Origin: Entomortierella parvispora E1425
Taxonomy: Eukaryota > Fungi > Mortierellomycota
NCBI GenBank assembly: GCA_020891255.1
Contig: BQFW01000008.1
Span: forward strand, 186,001-250,000
Length of the DNA: 64,000 nt
Reading direction: 5' to 3'
The notes beneath the pieces are model-generated. The model was not told where the DNA came from and did no database searches. It was given only the letters and a program-made list of their open reading frames with translations. Below are positions 50,001-63,534 of the stretch, piece by piece. The position numbers and the translations under genes were made by a program. Every line of letters starts with the position of its first letter. Position 1 is the first letter of the stretch.

Positions 50001-52520
50001 GCACCACACCCCACTTATTTGCCACATCCGATCGCTTCTAGGCTTCTGACTGTAAGGTATGTGGTTCATTTTCAACTTCTCTCCACCCTACTTTTTGGAC
50101 CCAAGTATATATTTTTTTTTTCGTCATTGGACCTAGTGCATCATCTATGCACGCGCTGAACAATAGTGAGAAGTGCAGGTCGCAAGCTGCATTGATGAGC
50201 CCAAGGTGCGACATGCACGGTTGAGCCTCTGACGGGGGATTGTTTTTGTTTATGTTTTTTTTTTGGTCCTGCAAGGGTTTTTTTGTACGTCAACAGCGTC
50301 CTTGCCTCCCCTGATTGCAATTGGGCTTCCCCCTGTTTCCTCTTTGGTACTCTTTTGCCCTTTTGATATCTGAACCGTCTTCGGCGGGCTGGTACGCTGG
50401 TGTCCCCTTGATACCCACAAGAACCCCTTGCCGTCTTCCCTTTTTCTCGTATCTCTCTCTCTCTGTGTGTGTCTTTCCCTCTCTCTTTTTCCCTTCCTGC
50501 AAACCAAACCAAAGCATTACACAAAATGTTGCAGGATTTGGTTTGTGTCCCATGGGGTTGACTGCCGCCCTTTTTATTTGTGTGAGGATGTTTCCTTATT
50601 GGAACAGTTGGCTCTTCTTTGTGTTGCACGTCATGGGCATCATGGACGTTTTCACGCAGAGGGTATTGTCTGCTGCTGCTGCCATCCTCGCACCCCTCTG
50701 TCTTTGTCCCCCTTTGTCCTTTCGTTCGCCCGTCTGCCTGCCCGCCTGCGTGCTTGCATCATTCCATCTCCCTTCAGTTACCTCGTGCCTCCTTTTTTTT
50801 TTTTTTTTTTTTTTTGACTACAAAGAGCGGAGCGGGCCTATTGGAATCCCATCCTATTTATCGCCTCTACCCTTTATTATGGCGTCTCTCTCTTTCTCTC
50901 TCTTACCTCTCCTTCCCCTCGGGCTGCAGCTCTCAATATTGCCTCCAAGAAAAAAGGGATTGGTATGAGAGTCATTCACCTTATCCCAATGGGTTTGGTC
51001 AGCAGCCTTGTGAAAGAGAGAGCGAGAAGGAGAAAGTAATTGGACCATGGGCAACACCGATTAACTAGATCCTCAGTCGTTTGCTTGCACCTCGTGGTCA
51101 ATATTGCTTTGGGGATGAGAGAGATCTGGCCCACCTGTACTATCGTCTCCAGTTGTATGGGTTCCGCGGACCAGTGCTGCTCACTGGGATGTGGTGCAAC
51201 CTAGCTATTGACATATCCAGCTTGGTGCACACCTCCCTCACACTTTCCGCAAATTGGGTTGTCCATCTGAAAAAAGAGAGAGAGAGACAGAAAAACACTT
51301 TATCCACACATCCACACATCCACTCCACATACACACATCCGCCTTCCCGCGCGCGCGCTGACCACACCAATGATGCACGACACAGCGGAAAGACCTATCC
51401 TTTTTTTCTTTCTTTCCTTCCTGTCTTACCATCTGCGGTTTTGTTGATGTCGCACAACAAGATATGTCCTTTTTAGAAGAGAATCTATTCTTTGCACACA
51501 TCTTGACCTGAAGGCAGGCCCTGGTTCATGCATTCGTTTGTTGGGAACCCATTGTTTGGTGTCACCGATCCCCACTCCCTGCCTGCTTGTTGTCGCTCTT
51601 TTTTTTTTGCAGGAAGGAACCCCATTGGAGTCTTGTTTTCTTTCCCCATCCTGATTCCTCCTTGATCGTCCCCTTCTTGTCCTCCTTCTTCCCCCCTTCC
51701 AGTACCAGCTCTGTGGTTTGTTCGTCTATGCGGAATCCCTAACTCGTCCTTTTGTTTCTTTTCTCTTTTGTCTCTCACTTCCTTTCTGTCGGACGTCGAT
51801 AGATCCATCTCTTTCTATCGTTCCTTTCGCTTACACTCTTCAGCCCCCTCTCCTCTTTTTGTCTTTTTTCTCCTCCTCAAGGAAACACACAAAAAACACA
51901 CATCACCAAGAAGAAAGGGAAAAAAAACACATTCTTCCATCTTCTTCGACCCTCCCTCCTCTTTCTTCGACCTCCTCGATCGTCCCTGCAACGAACGCCG
52001 TAAGGACCTCCTCATCTCTTTCTCCTTCTTTCTCTCTTTCGTTCTTTCTCTCTTTTTTTTCCCTTTCCCACATTTTCCTCCTTTCTGCTCTATTTTTGTT
52101 GCTTCCTTCACCTCCAGGACACTCAACTCTCTCACAGTCTTTGTCTGTCGTCTGTCAATTACCGAACGCGCAACTCACCTGAAAAAAAAAATTCTTCTCT
52201 CTCTTCTTTTACTTTTTTTTTTCTCTCGCCGTCTTCCGTCATTTCTCCAGAAAAGCAGTAGGCTCTATACCCTTCCCCCTCTCACTCATTCTTCTATCAT
52301 CCGACATTGTTCACCCGTTCGCTCGCTCGCCCTTGACCGGTACTTGCGACACTACATCATCACAACACATCACATCCCCTGCCTTCGTGACACCAGCGCC
52401 GTCATCCTTCTTGGGACGCTTTCAAAATATTGATCCAGGCACCAGAACAAAGACCTTCACAACAACCCTCACACAACAAACTCAAAAGGAGATCCAACTT
52501 TTTCACAAAAGACAGCAAAA

Positions 52521-55500
52521 ATGTCGTCCAACAAGAGCCCCACGCCGGAACTGAAGGTTGACCAAGATTCACAACAACAACAACAACAACAGGATGTAGG
52601 CTCAGCGGCGGCAGTGGCAGACTCCTCCCTCACATCCTCGACCACCCCGTCTTCTCTATCACTCTACACGGCCGCATCGGCCCATGGCACTGCCACTTCC
52701 CTCCACCCCTCTTCTTCTTCCACCCTCGCCACTGCATCAGCAGACCAAAACTCTTTTGTACAGCAACAACAGGATTCCACCATGTTTTACGCCAATGGAT
52801 CCAATGGATACTTGCCCACGTCGACGGCCCAGCAGCAGCAGTCGAATTTGCCCCTTATCAGCTCCCCTTTGGCCATGAACTTTGGCAATAGCCAAAACGG
52901 CGGCGGTGCCTCCTTGGCTTATGGAAGCAGCAACGGCAACAGCAGTAATGGCCGTTCCTCCGCTGCTTATTCTTACAGGAGTCGTAACCGACGGGATTCT
53001 TTCCAATCTGGAGCGGCCGCCGCCAACCTGACCTTCTCCCCCCCTTCCAACTACAGCAGTCCCTCGAGTTTGACGGCTGGTAGTTTGGTCTTCAATGGCT
53101 CGGGTAATCAGAACCGGTTCTCACATCTGTTGAACACCCCAACGGGGGGTGCGGGACCCAATGGAAATCAGCGCACGCGGTGTTTGAGCACCAGCAGCAT
53201 GGATAGCAACGCTAGTTCGGTGGGGTTCAGTCGCTTGACAGGGAACATGGCCTCCTTGAGTGTCCAGCATCCTCAACACCAGGTCTCGGCCACGAGTTCA
53301 CCCTATCAATCTTACAGCTCGTCCCCCCAGTCCGCCGGAGGATTCCAATATCATTATTCACAACACCAGCAAACACAACAACACCATCAGCAGCAGCAAC
53401 AACAGCAATCGACCGCGTCTGCTTCCCCCTCCTCAACCTATCCTTATCAACAGCAGAGCCCCTTTTCGAGCCCAATCCACTCACAGCCGTCGGCGGTGGC
53501 TCAGGGTTACGATTCCTTGTCCATGGTGGCTGCCTCCTTGACGGGCACCATGTACGGGTCTACACCCCCAGCAGGATCTGCTTCGGACCTCCTGTACCCC
53601 TCTACTTCCTCTAATGCCACGGGGACATACGGACATGTCACCTCCACACCATCTCAACAGCCTGCTAGTTACACCAGTCCCTCGACCAGACCCGTTCCAT
53701 TCTCCTTGGCCCCTTCGTCCTATTATGACCAAGATCCCACCCGTTTGTTGCAACAGTTGGAGTTGAACTATGAGACTACTTATGGCGATCAACAACAGCA
53801 GCAGCAACAACAACAGCAACAATCGAGACAGTACTCGACAGATCACCACCAAGGCCAGACGTTATCCGAGCATGGATTGGGAATCGCCATCTCTGGAGGC
53901 ATGGTCCGAGCCGCGGGTGAGGAACAAGGAGAGAACGGTGGACTCGTGTCAACGCAGGATATGGATGGAATGGGATCCAACCCAGTGCATCTTGCCTCGC
54001 CCACCTCCCCTTCTTCTCATTTGAACATGAAGCAACTGAAGCGCGGTAGCACCTCCTCTGTCACGGGTGCAGCCGCCGCCGCCGCGACGGCCGCTGCAGA
54101 GGCTGCCTCGGAGGAACCCCACGCGGTGCTGAGTGAGGATGGAAAGACGGTCAAGTACTTGTGCAGCAAATGTCCTCGAGGTGAGTTGGCCAAACAGTTT
54201 TGGGGGGACCAGGGCTCTATTTTTTTTTTTTTTTTTTTAGTTCTCGCGTTTTGCCACCAAACCTTCTTTTGGGTCCTTGCGCCACACATCGCGCAGTTTT
54301 TGTTTCATGACACAGAGGGTCGAGGGCCCTTGCCTTTGACCCTTTTGGTCGACGACAAAACGACATGTTTAGAGTGGTTGCTTTTTGTTGTTGTTGTTGT
54401 TGTTGACTGTGTGTGTGCACAGACAGGGGTTGGGATGGGGAAGAGGCTGTGCGTGTTTGTCCAACTGTTTCAGACTTGGGATGTAACTCGATGTACTCAT
54501 CATCAACATTCTCTCATCCCTTCTCTTGTCCTTCCTCTCCACCCCTTTTAGATTTCACCACAAAGTCCAACCTCAAACGACACTTGGAGAACATCAACAT
54601 CCACAAGTAAGTCCCTTTTATTTTCCTGGTCCTAGTCGCTCTTTTAATGTCATGGTCTCTTGGTTCTTTTTGTACTTACTTTTTTTTCTTTCTTTCTTTC
54701 TTTCTCTCCTCTCTGTCAACCCACGAGCAGCACCCCCTATGAACGCACTCGCGATCAAAAGCGCTGGCAAGGTCATGAAAAGAAGCAGGCCAGTCGTGCC
54801 GAGACCACGTTGAGGATGCGTCGCTGGCGCCAAGCCAACCGTGAAAAGAGTAAGGCCCCCGCGGGCCCACCTCGACCCTGTCTTTGTACTGCTTTCTCAT
54901 TTCATTTTATTCTTGATCACAACACTAACTCGTCCTCGTCCATCTCCCCTATTCATCGTCTTCCTCTAGACAAATTCAACGACATGCGTTGCCGTGTCTA
55001 CAGAAACGCCAAAGACAAGTTTGGACCCGAGGAATCCGATGAGAAGGAGGCCTGGATCCAAGCCGAGATTGAAAAGCGCAAGGGCATGTTGTTGCTCCGC
55101 CACAGCCGCAAGGCCGGTTGGAAGGGCGTGGGCGTGCCCAACGCCAACGGACCCCATGGGTTTGATTCTGAACAGTCTTCTCCCTTGACGGGAGGAGGAA
55201 ACCCCGGGGATCTGTCCGACGGTCGGTTTCAGAATGGCATGAACAACAACAATGGCAACAACTCGTCCTTTTTCAACTTTTCCTTCAGCGGGGCCATGAA
55301 TGGTCATTCCATCCCTGCCTATGGCTCTGTTGGCGGCGGTGGTGTCTCGGGTGGGAGTATGTATGACGAGAACGCCATCCGGGAGGACGGACTGAAGGAA
55401 GGGGACCGCAAGTTTATCGAGTTGCTCAAGACTGAGAATGGACCTCGTCGTCGTCGCTCGCGCCAGGCCATGAATGCCACCATCAACCGTGAGCAACAAC

Positions 55501-57071
55501 AACAACAACAACAGCAGCAGCAAAACATGGTCGATGGAAACAATCTCCATAATGAAGACGGTCTTGGATCCATGGTCACCCGGAGCAGCAGCGGTAACCA
55601 CTTGATGATGTCCTCCTCTGGCTCTCGCAACAGCCTTTCGGGTGGTAGCAACAAGAAGCGTAGGAGCCGCAAGCAACGTTCCATCTCTGAGGCCCACACA
55701 ATGATGCAACGCCGTGCCATCGCCGGCACCAGCCCAGCCACGCTTGGCACCGGCAGCGGATCCCTCTATAGTATCAACAACTATATGGATGCGTCAACGG
55801 CTTCTCCCTCGGACCAGCGATTGCAAGAGTTGTATCAGGGTGTGTACCAGACCCGGTCCTTGTCCCAGACGCTGATGATGAGCAAGCAGCAGCAACAGGG
55901 TCAGCAGCAGCAAGACTCGATGGAGTCGATCGTGACCGGCTTGGATGTCCAGTCTTCCTCGGGCAGACAGCCCACGGGAGGACTCTATGGCGACCGCGAG
56001 CTGTCGGGTTGGATCGATTACAGCAACAACGGCGGCGGCAACAACAACACGGCCTCGTCCCCTGGAGCGTCTCGCCAGTACCCGTTTCCTGAGATGACCT
56101 CGATGGATGCCAGCCACGATGCTTCTTCTACCCCATTGACCCCATCGACCGTGCGAGACCGTAAAGGACTGGCCAAGGCTGCTGGTATCCGCATTGACAT
56201 TCCTCACCATCAAAAGGAGACCTCTGAGTGGATGATGATGGACGACAACATGGTCGGTGGATCCGCTACGACGATCGAGTCCCAGGGCAGCAGCGTCGCC
56301 AGCCACTCAAAGTCGTCGCCCCAGTCCGCCAACTCGACGCTCCAGTCCCCCATGCTCTTGAACCACCAAGTCCCTCAACAGCAGCAGCAGCCACAGCCGC
56401 AGCAGCAACATAGCCACCACACAACCTCGCACCACCATCCATACCATCACCACCCTTACCACATCCAGGACTCGCAGGCCGGTCTGATTGATGCCACGTC
56501 TTCAGCCCACTACAGCCTCAAGATGGCCACCACCGGTGGGTTCATGTCGCGCTCTAACAAGCACCAGATCCTACACAAGGCTGCCAGCCATGATATGTTC
56601 TCTGGGTTCCCTACCCACCAGCAACAGCAACATGGCACCTATGGATCCTATGGAAACAACAACAACACGGGCTCTGGATATCCTCTTCAGCCCTATTACG
56701 GTGCTTCCACACCCGCGACGACCGGCTCGACCGGCTCGGGCTCGTTCTCCCTCGCCCAACAGGCCCAAGTCCGGTCCATGCAAAACGCCCAGGGCTTGTT
56801 GTCGCACAACTCGCACCTGTTGAACCATCACTCTTCAGCGATGGCCCACCAGACCAACGGAACTACGGGCGGCAGTGGTGGTGGCAGCGAGATTGATTAT
56901 TTCACCACCTTGGTGTTGCCAGCGGTTGGGGACATCTCGGTCTCTTCTGGAAACAGCGGCGCCTCGGGTGCATCTTATGGCAATGGAGCCGAGATGCCTA
57001 ATTACTTGACTCGTCAACAGACTGTCGCGCCTCGTCGTCATAGCACCCAACTCTCGAACCTCTCCATGTAA
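52521..57071 (+). CDS. Large Gln/Ser-rich putative transcription factor with C2H2-like finger and DUF3020-like basic helical domain
   Basis: Splicing (introns start at 54181, ~54607 and ~54850) gives YLCSKCPR|DFTTKSNLKRHLENINIH|NTPYERTRDQKRW...TTLRMRRWRQANREK|NKFNDMRCRVYRNAKDKFGPEESDEKEAWIQAEIEKRK. The flanks are long and low-complexity. Confidence 0.8.
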
Positions 57072-57076
57072 AAAAG

Positions 57077-57109
<33 letters not shown>

Positions 57110-57374
57110 AACAGAAAAGTAGTCTTCCAAAAGGGAAAAACACAACAACAACACAACAACTCTCCAGTTCGTACATTTAGCTGTATCATTAATAAAAATA
57201 CTGTTTGTAATACACATCGAGAAGGGGTTGTTTTGGTTTATTTGAAAAAAACAATGCAAAATGAACGAACAGAAACGTTGGAGGTCAGACATCAAAGGGT
57301 CTAGGAGAGGAGAAGGATGTGACATTGAGAAAATGCAAAGAGTCGGAACCATGAAGGAGTTAAAATTACAGAGT

Positions 57375-59116
57375 TCAGTCGCGAGCTTCAGGGAACTCGG
57401 CCGCGATCTCTTCTTCCAAGGACGCCCTCCGCTTGGCCAAGACGTCGTTTCGGGCCTTGCACTTTTGGACTTCGGCTGGCCAGTTGGTCTTGACAATCAC
57501 CCACAACTCTCCAAGAGAAACCATCCAGAGAGCTAGACAGAGGGCGGACCAAAGACCCTTGAGACCAAAGTCCATCTTGAAGGCGAGAATGTATCCGATT
57601 GGGAAAGCGACAACGTAGTAGGCAATCAAGTTCAAGTAGGCGCCCAGGTGCTGCAATCCGACACCACGCAAGACACCGCCGCCGACACCGGCAATGCCGT
57701 CACTGATCTGGAACAGGGCCACCAAGGGCAAGACCATGGCGACGGTGCTGACAACATCCTCGTCCTCGCTGAACAAACGACCCCAACGGCCCTTGAACAA
57801 GATCAACATGGTCGAGTTGAACATGCCAAAGAGAATTGCCAACGCAATCGAAACTCGACTCGCCACCTTGGCCGAACGATGGTCACCCTTGCCAATCAAG
57901 TTGCCCACGCGGTTCGATGCCGCAATCGAGATACCGAAAGGAATAGTATACAACAGACCTGAAGTTTGGACAACAATCGACTGAGCCGCCAAAGCTACCG
58001 TTCCGAGGTAAGAGGCCGCCAAGGAGACGACCTCGAAAGCCCACCATTCACTGCACACCATAGCGACACCTGGGATCGCAAGCTTCAAGAAAGCAGGCCA
58101 TCCAGTCAACGAGTCCCGGGTCCATCCGCCCCATCCTTGGTATCCATCCACGAATCGGATATAGAGCAACAACAGGATCAACATGTTCCAGTACGAGATT
58201 GAAGTCGCGATAGGGGCGCCAATGTATCCAATGCCGATATACTTGTTCCAGACCAGCATGTAGTTGAGAACGACGTTGATGGGCGACACGATCAAGAGCA
58301 CATACGTACTGGCGTGCATGTTTCCTTGGGCTTGCAAGTACTTCTTGACGCACTCAAAGATCAAGAAGGCGGGGGCCCCAGGCAACAATCCGCGCAAGAA
58401 AAGAGCCGCATGCTCAGCAAGAGCAGGCTCCTGTCCCAGCAGCAAGAAGAGGTACTCTGATGATAACCAGACTCCAGCAATGGGCACAAACAGGAGCATC
58501 AAGACAAGGATGGCGCGTTGAAGATGAAGGCCAAGGGTATGAGGGTGGTGACTCGTGTACGATTGAGAGCAGAGAGTATCCAATGCCGTGGCTGTTCCCA
58601 ACGACACGGACCAGCCAGTGACAGCAGCAAACATGGAAGCGAGAGAAGAAGCAGCCAATTCTAGAAAAAAAAAGACATGAGGATGTATATGTTTAGTCTT
58701 TGCTCTATTTCCTCCTGTCAAAGGGGATGTCTTTTCCAGCTCCAAAGTGCTAGTCGATCCTCAATCTGCCAGCGCCTGCTAGTCCATAGACTTGTATCGG
58801 TATTGTTCCTTTGCTGCAGCGACCACCACTGCTGCAATTTTGTTCCCATTCCTGAGTTGAGTTGCAGACTGATTCCGTTACACAGCGTCGTTCTCCACAG
58901 ATGACGCCAAGAGAGAGATAGAGACCGTGCATGCACTTAATCTTGCTCTCTCTTCTGGATCGTGCATTCTTTTTGTCCTGCCTTGCTTGCAGCTCTGATC
59001 GTCACTGTCCCATTGTCCCCAAATAGTTCTCCATCCTGCTGTGTCCGTCTTCTTGTCCAAAAGAAGCCTCCTTCTCCTCCCTGCCATTCACCCGGGGCTA
59101 AGGTTCCACTGCGGCA

Positions 59117-59147
<31 letters not shown>

Positions 59148-59652
59148 GCCAAAAGTCCGAGCAATAAAAAAAAAGCTTACCGATCGATCCCAAGTGGCCC
59201 AAAGACACCAAACTGGCAAGTTGGAGCGAATTCTGAAGAACATAGGTCAACACGACAGGACCAGAGTACTTCAACAGGATATTGAACTCGCGGAGCGTAA
59301 GCTCCTTGAGCGAGAGGAAAGCGCTCTCGCTCCGGACCGAGGTCTGGTCACTTCCGCGGCGGCGGCCTTGCTCCAGCAGGGTCTCGGTCTCATCGCCCGA
59401 GACTGAAGTGTTGGCAGTAACATAGGAGGCAGTCGAGCCGTCCGAGGTATAAGAGGCTCCGGGGTGGAGAAACTGGGGTGTGGTTTGGTGGTCTGACTGC
59501 TGCTGTTGCTGTTGTGCTGAGGTAGGGGCCTTGGAGATCAAAGGTGAGCGCTCCGAGACTGTGGGGAGGGTGGACTGGTGCTGAGGAGGAGGACTCGGGG
59601 GGAAGGCATGGTCATAAGCCTGCTCGAATGAGTGCTTTGGGAATGAGGACAT
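57375..59652 (-). CDS. MATE-family multidrug/toxin efflux transporter (Erc1-like)
   Basis: Exon 1 59652-59181 (...LQNSLQLASLVSLGHLGSI), intron 59180-58661, exon 2 ELAASSLASMF...ALDTLCSQSY; KKYLQAQG; CSEWWAFEV; SNRVGNLIG; FQISDG...GGVLRGVG; NLIAYY...GLKGLW. Confidence 0.95.
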
Positions 59653-60979
59653 GTTGAATGTCGCTCGGATGAAGAGATTAAAGCGGAGTCAATGAAGAAT
59701 GAGCGTTGAATCTTTGAAGAAGAAAAAGGGATGAATTATTCAGTCGTAGTCCAGCAAGCGAATGAGAGAGCGACGATGGCACAGGGGAGAGACAGACAAA
59801 GAGAGACCAGAAAGAAGAGAATAAATAAAAAAAAAGAAAGAAGGAAGGAGAGGAAGGAAGGGAAGAGGGTCAAGGGAAGCAGGAAGGGAAGCAGGAAGGG
59901 AAGGGAGCAAGGTGACAAGAAGAATGACAAGAAGAATGACAAGAAGAAAAAGAGAAAAAGGAAAAAGAAAAAAAGAAAACAACAAAAGTGCTCCTTTGCC
60001 CTTCTTGAATCACGGTTGCAACGACAATTTTTTTTTTTTTTTTTTTTTTTTTTGTTCTTTATTTCAAGGCCAGTCCGCCCCCCTCTTTGATCTTGGATCC
60101 TGATTCTGATCCGTCGGCCAGCGGGGCGGGACAAAGGGTGAGTCCGACTCAGAGTCAGATAACCACTGCCATGGGGGCTCCCAGGGGCAAACCGGATGCC
60201 CGACGCCCCCTCATGACTGGCCAGGATCCAGACCAAGAAATCATCCATCTCCATGTTCTTTGTTTTGTGCTCAGTCTCGGTCCATCTTCCTCTCGACCAA
60301 AGCTTCATAGGCAATAGTGCCTGGCAGATCGGGCTGTTTCTGGTTCATCCAAACGGACACAAAGAAAATGATCTTCACAAACGAACAGGATTGATTGCCA
60401 CATTGTCGTTCGATCAAGAAAATAAAATAAGAACTCCCCGCTGTTGGCGCAACACCTTAAGGTCCCCGTTGCGTGGACATGGTCAACGAACGTTCTGAAC
60501 TTGTGATCTTGATGACTGAGAATGAGTGACCCAAAGTGGATGAGAGCACAGCGGAGAATATTATTTATTCAACCAAAAAAAAAAAAAAAAATCTTTCCTG
60601 TGGCTCGACAGCGGATCTTTTTGACATATTTTTTTCATCCTCCTCTTTCCAACAGCTGTTCCCTCTCTTTCTCAATGGGTCCAACAGCAACAGTCGATCT
60701 GGTCTGTGCGGTCGGTGGCGAAATCGATCCCTTGCACCAATCAGAGCGTAGTCCATAGGGAGAACCAGGAGCGATCTATCCCGGACTCTGCCCTTTTGCC
60801 TTGCCTTCGTTTTTATACCAACAGCATGCTTCCCTCTCTTGTTCAAGTGGTCTTTATTACGAAAAAAAGTGCGAGTGTCCTGCGCAAAGCGAAAGATCTA
60901 TGTTTCGGAGTGGTTCTGGGATCGTCGTCAAGATGCCACTTCTCTCTATGTTCGTACGCAATCCCAATGAGCGCTCATC

Positions 60980-62577
60980 TCAATCCACCACGTCCGCATC
61001 GTCGTCGTCGTCCGCATCGTCGTCCTCCATCAGCTCATCCACATCTGCCTCGATCTTAGCTTCGTCCTCATCTTCCTCTTCGTCTTCATCATCCTCGCCT
61101 TCGTCGCCCTCTTCGACCTCATCATCCTCAACGTCAGCTTCGTCCTCCTCGACGTCAGGAGTTTCTCTCATGTCCACATCAGTGTCATTCGGCTCTGTCT
61201 TTGTTGCTCCGGGTCCTGTATTGTGTTCCCTATCGTAAATCTCAAGTTCAGCCAGGTACCGCTTCCGGTCGTCCCTGGCCAAGTTCACATATTTCTAAAA
61301 ACGAACAACACCAAACAGTTAGAAAGTGTGTGCCATGATGTCATCGAGTCCCATAGAGCGAGATGCTCGATCAAGTCGTAAGCGCTCTACCTTCTTTTCT
61401 TCTGTAGTCAAGTTCTTCCACTTTTGACCAAGATGACGTGCGAGTTCATAGTGGCTGTTGCCCTGACAAATCTCCTTGGCCTCTGGTCGGTGCATCTGTG
61501 AGAAAATGAAGAAGGCATTCGAAGGTCCACGAGGAGCATCTGGTCCGCGAGGTCTCAAACGTCTGTTGCTGGTGGACTTTTTGGGTACCCCTGCAGCTGC
61601 ACGTGCGCCACCAACTTTGGCGGATGCGCCACCAACGGTCGATAAAGGGGAAGGACGTTCCTTAACAGACAGCAAAGCGTTTCCAGAAACTCTTGACGGT
61701 GCTGGTGGTTGATGGTATTGTTGCGATGGATGTGGTTGTTGTGGTCGAACAGTCCGCATGGGTACCTGTGTCCGTGTTGAGTTTGAGGCAGTTGTGGCGT
61801 GATACGGAGCAGGTCGTGCCCGGGGGGAAGGTGTCGATGATGAACGAGTTTGTTGCCGCTGCTCCAACTGCACGTCGTCCAGTCTCTCCTGCAAAAGCCT
61901 GTTTGAAGCCAAATGATCATTCAAGGAGTCACAGTCAGAACGAGTCTTTTTTTTTTTTTTTTTTTTTTTTTTTCTTGGATCCAATAGTCAGTCCTTGAAG
62001 ACAAATGATCTGAAGGAGGCTTAAAGACAAATAACAAATCAGTGAGGGAATAATTAAAACAAGGGCAGCCTTACCCTCGTTCAACACGCAGTCTTCGGAT
62101 GTCGACTTTGGCTTTGACCAGTTTGATGTTCAAGATGTCGTTGTCCTGCGTGACCATGAACAACAAAGGGGAAAAACAAGAAAAGAAAAGAAAAAAACGT
62201 CAGTCAGTGCAACCAGAGCGTTACCAGATCGTCCCTAGTCACGAAACTTCTGCTCCCCTGTGCAATCTCCACGAAGCTAGATTTGCTCTGGAAGAATAAA
62301 GGGAAAATGCGATGGACAAACACACCGACTAACAGAGAGACGCCCCTACCTCCTCAATATCTCGAACCCTGCGCTTCAGATCCTTGTACTTTCGGCGGTA
62401 TTTCGCCTCTACTCGCAAGCGACGCACACACGTACGCAACACACAAAGAACGATGCACTGGTTAGTTACACTGTATTTCATCATCAAGGAGGAGTTCTAT
62501 CAGTGTCTCTGTCAAGCTGCAATAAGTTTACCTTCAGCCGCGGAGGGCGGGAGTGCGTTGTTGCCACTACTGAGCAT
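60980..62577 (-). CDS. HMG-box protein with N-terminal coiled coil, Nhp10/Nht1 (INO80 subunit)-like
   Basis: Spliced reading: MLSSGNNALPPSAAE|EAKYRRKYKDLKRRVRDIEE|DNDILNIKLVKAKVDIRRLRVER|GLLQERL...; HMG box PDAPRGPSNAFFIF...HYELARHLGQKWKNLTTEEKK|KYVNLARDDRKRY; acidic tail. Confidence 0.82.
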
Positions 62578-63534
62578 AGAGGGAACGCTTTGTGGGGAGG
62601 AATGGAGGTCTGTCACGGTGGGTGGGTAGGTGGGTGGGTGAGGCAGGTGAGCCTGAGCTAATGGTAATGGGAGAGGGAATGTGAGTGTAGAGTGGGAATG
62701 AGGGATGCACGAGGGGCGACCTGAGTGAGTGTGGGTGGTGGGTGGTGGGGTGAGATTAGAGAGTGGAGGGCAGGGGGGAGCGTAAGAAGAAGAAGACGAG
62801 GGGAAATGAAGGGAATGGTGGGCAAGAGGGCGAATGAATGAGAGAAGGGGAAAGAAGAAGCGGAAGAGGGGAGAGGAAAGACGCAACGACGTACTGAGAG
62901 ACTGAGAGAGATTGGGAGATATTGAGAGACACCCTCCAGAAAGACGAAGGGAGGAAAGACACACGCAGAAACACACCTTCAGAGAAGAGGACGAATCTCT
63001 TGAAATCAACGAGGGCGTGCCACAAGGAGATCCACTCAATCAGTTCAATCCCCTCACTCACCCTTGCCTGGGGTTGGGAACAGAGACCAACCAACAAGGT
63101 TGAAGGAACAAAGGAACAAAGGGAAACCACCCTCTCTCTCGCTCTCTCTCTTTCGCTCTGTCTTTGTCATGGTCTGGTCCTTTTTTTTTCCCTTCCTTCC
63201 TTTCCTTCCCTTCCCTTCCCTTCCTGTCCTTTCCCTTTCTTTTTCCTTCTCGTCCCTTTCCTTCTCGACGTGATGGATCGATTTGATTTGATCCCCTTCC
63301 TTCTTTTTTGTCCTTGCCGTTTTTTCTTGTCCTTCTCTTTTCTTTTGCCGTCCCGCACAAACAAACGTGCTCTCTCCTTCGAATCGCAAAATAACAATCT
63401 TTGTGTGCTCACCATATCTTCAACATCTTCACTATCATTACTGCAAACCTCGTCGTCACCCTTGGAGAGTTCTACGTTTTTTTGGACCAAATCTTCTTTT
63501 ATTTTTACATTCGCAAAAAAGTACTGTACGTCAA

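Noticed and set aside
59090-59135. Poly-T plus CAG acceptor-like site inside the MATE intron (possible poison exon with an immediate stop)
   Set aside because: No clear downstream donor was identified, and such T-tracts are everywhere in this genome.
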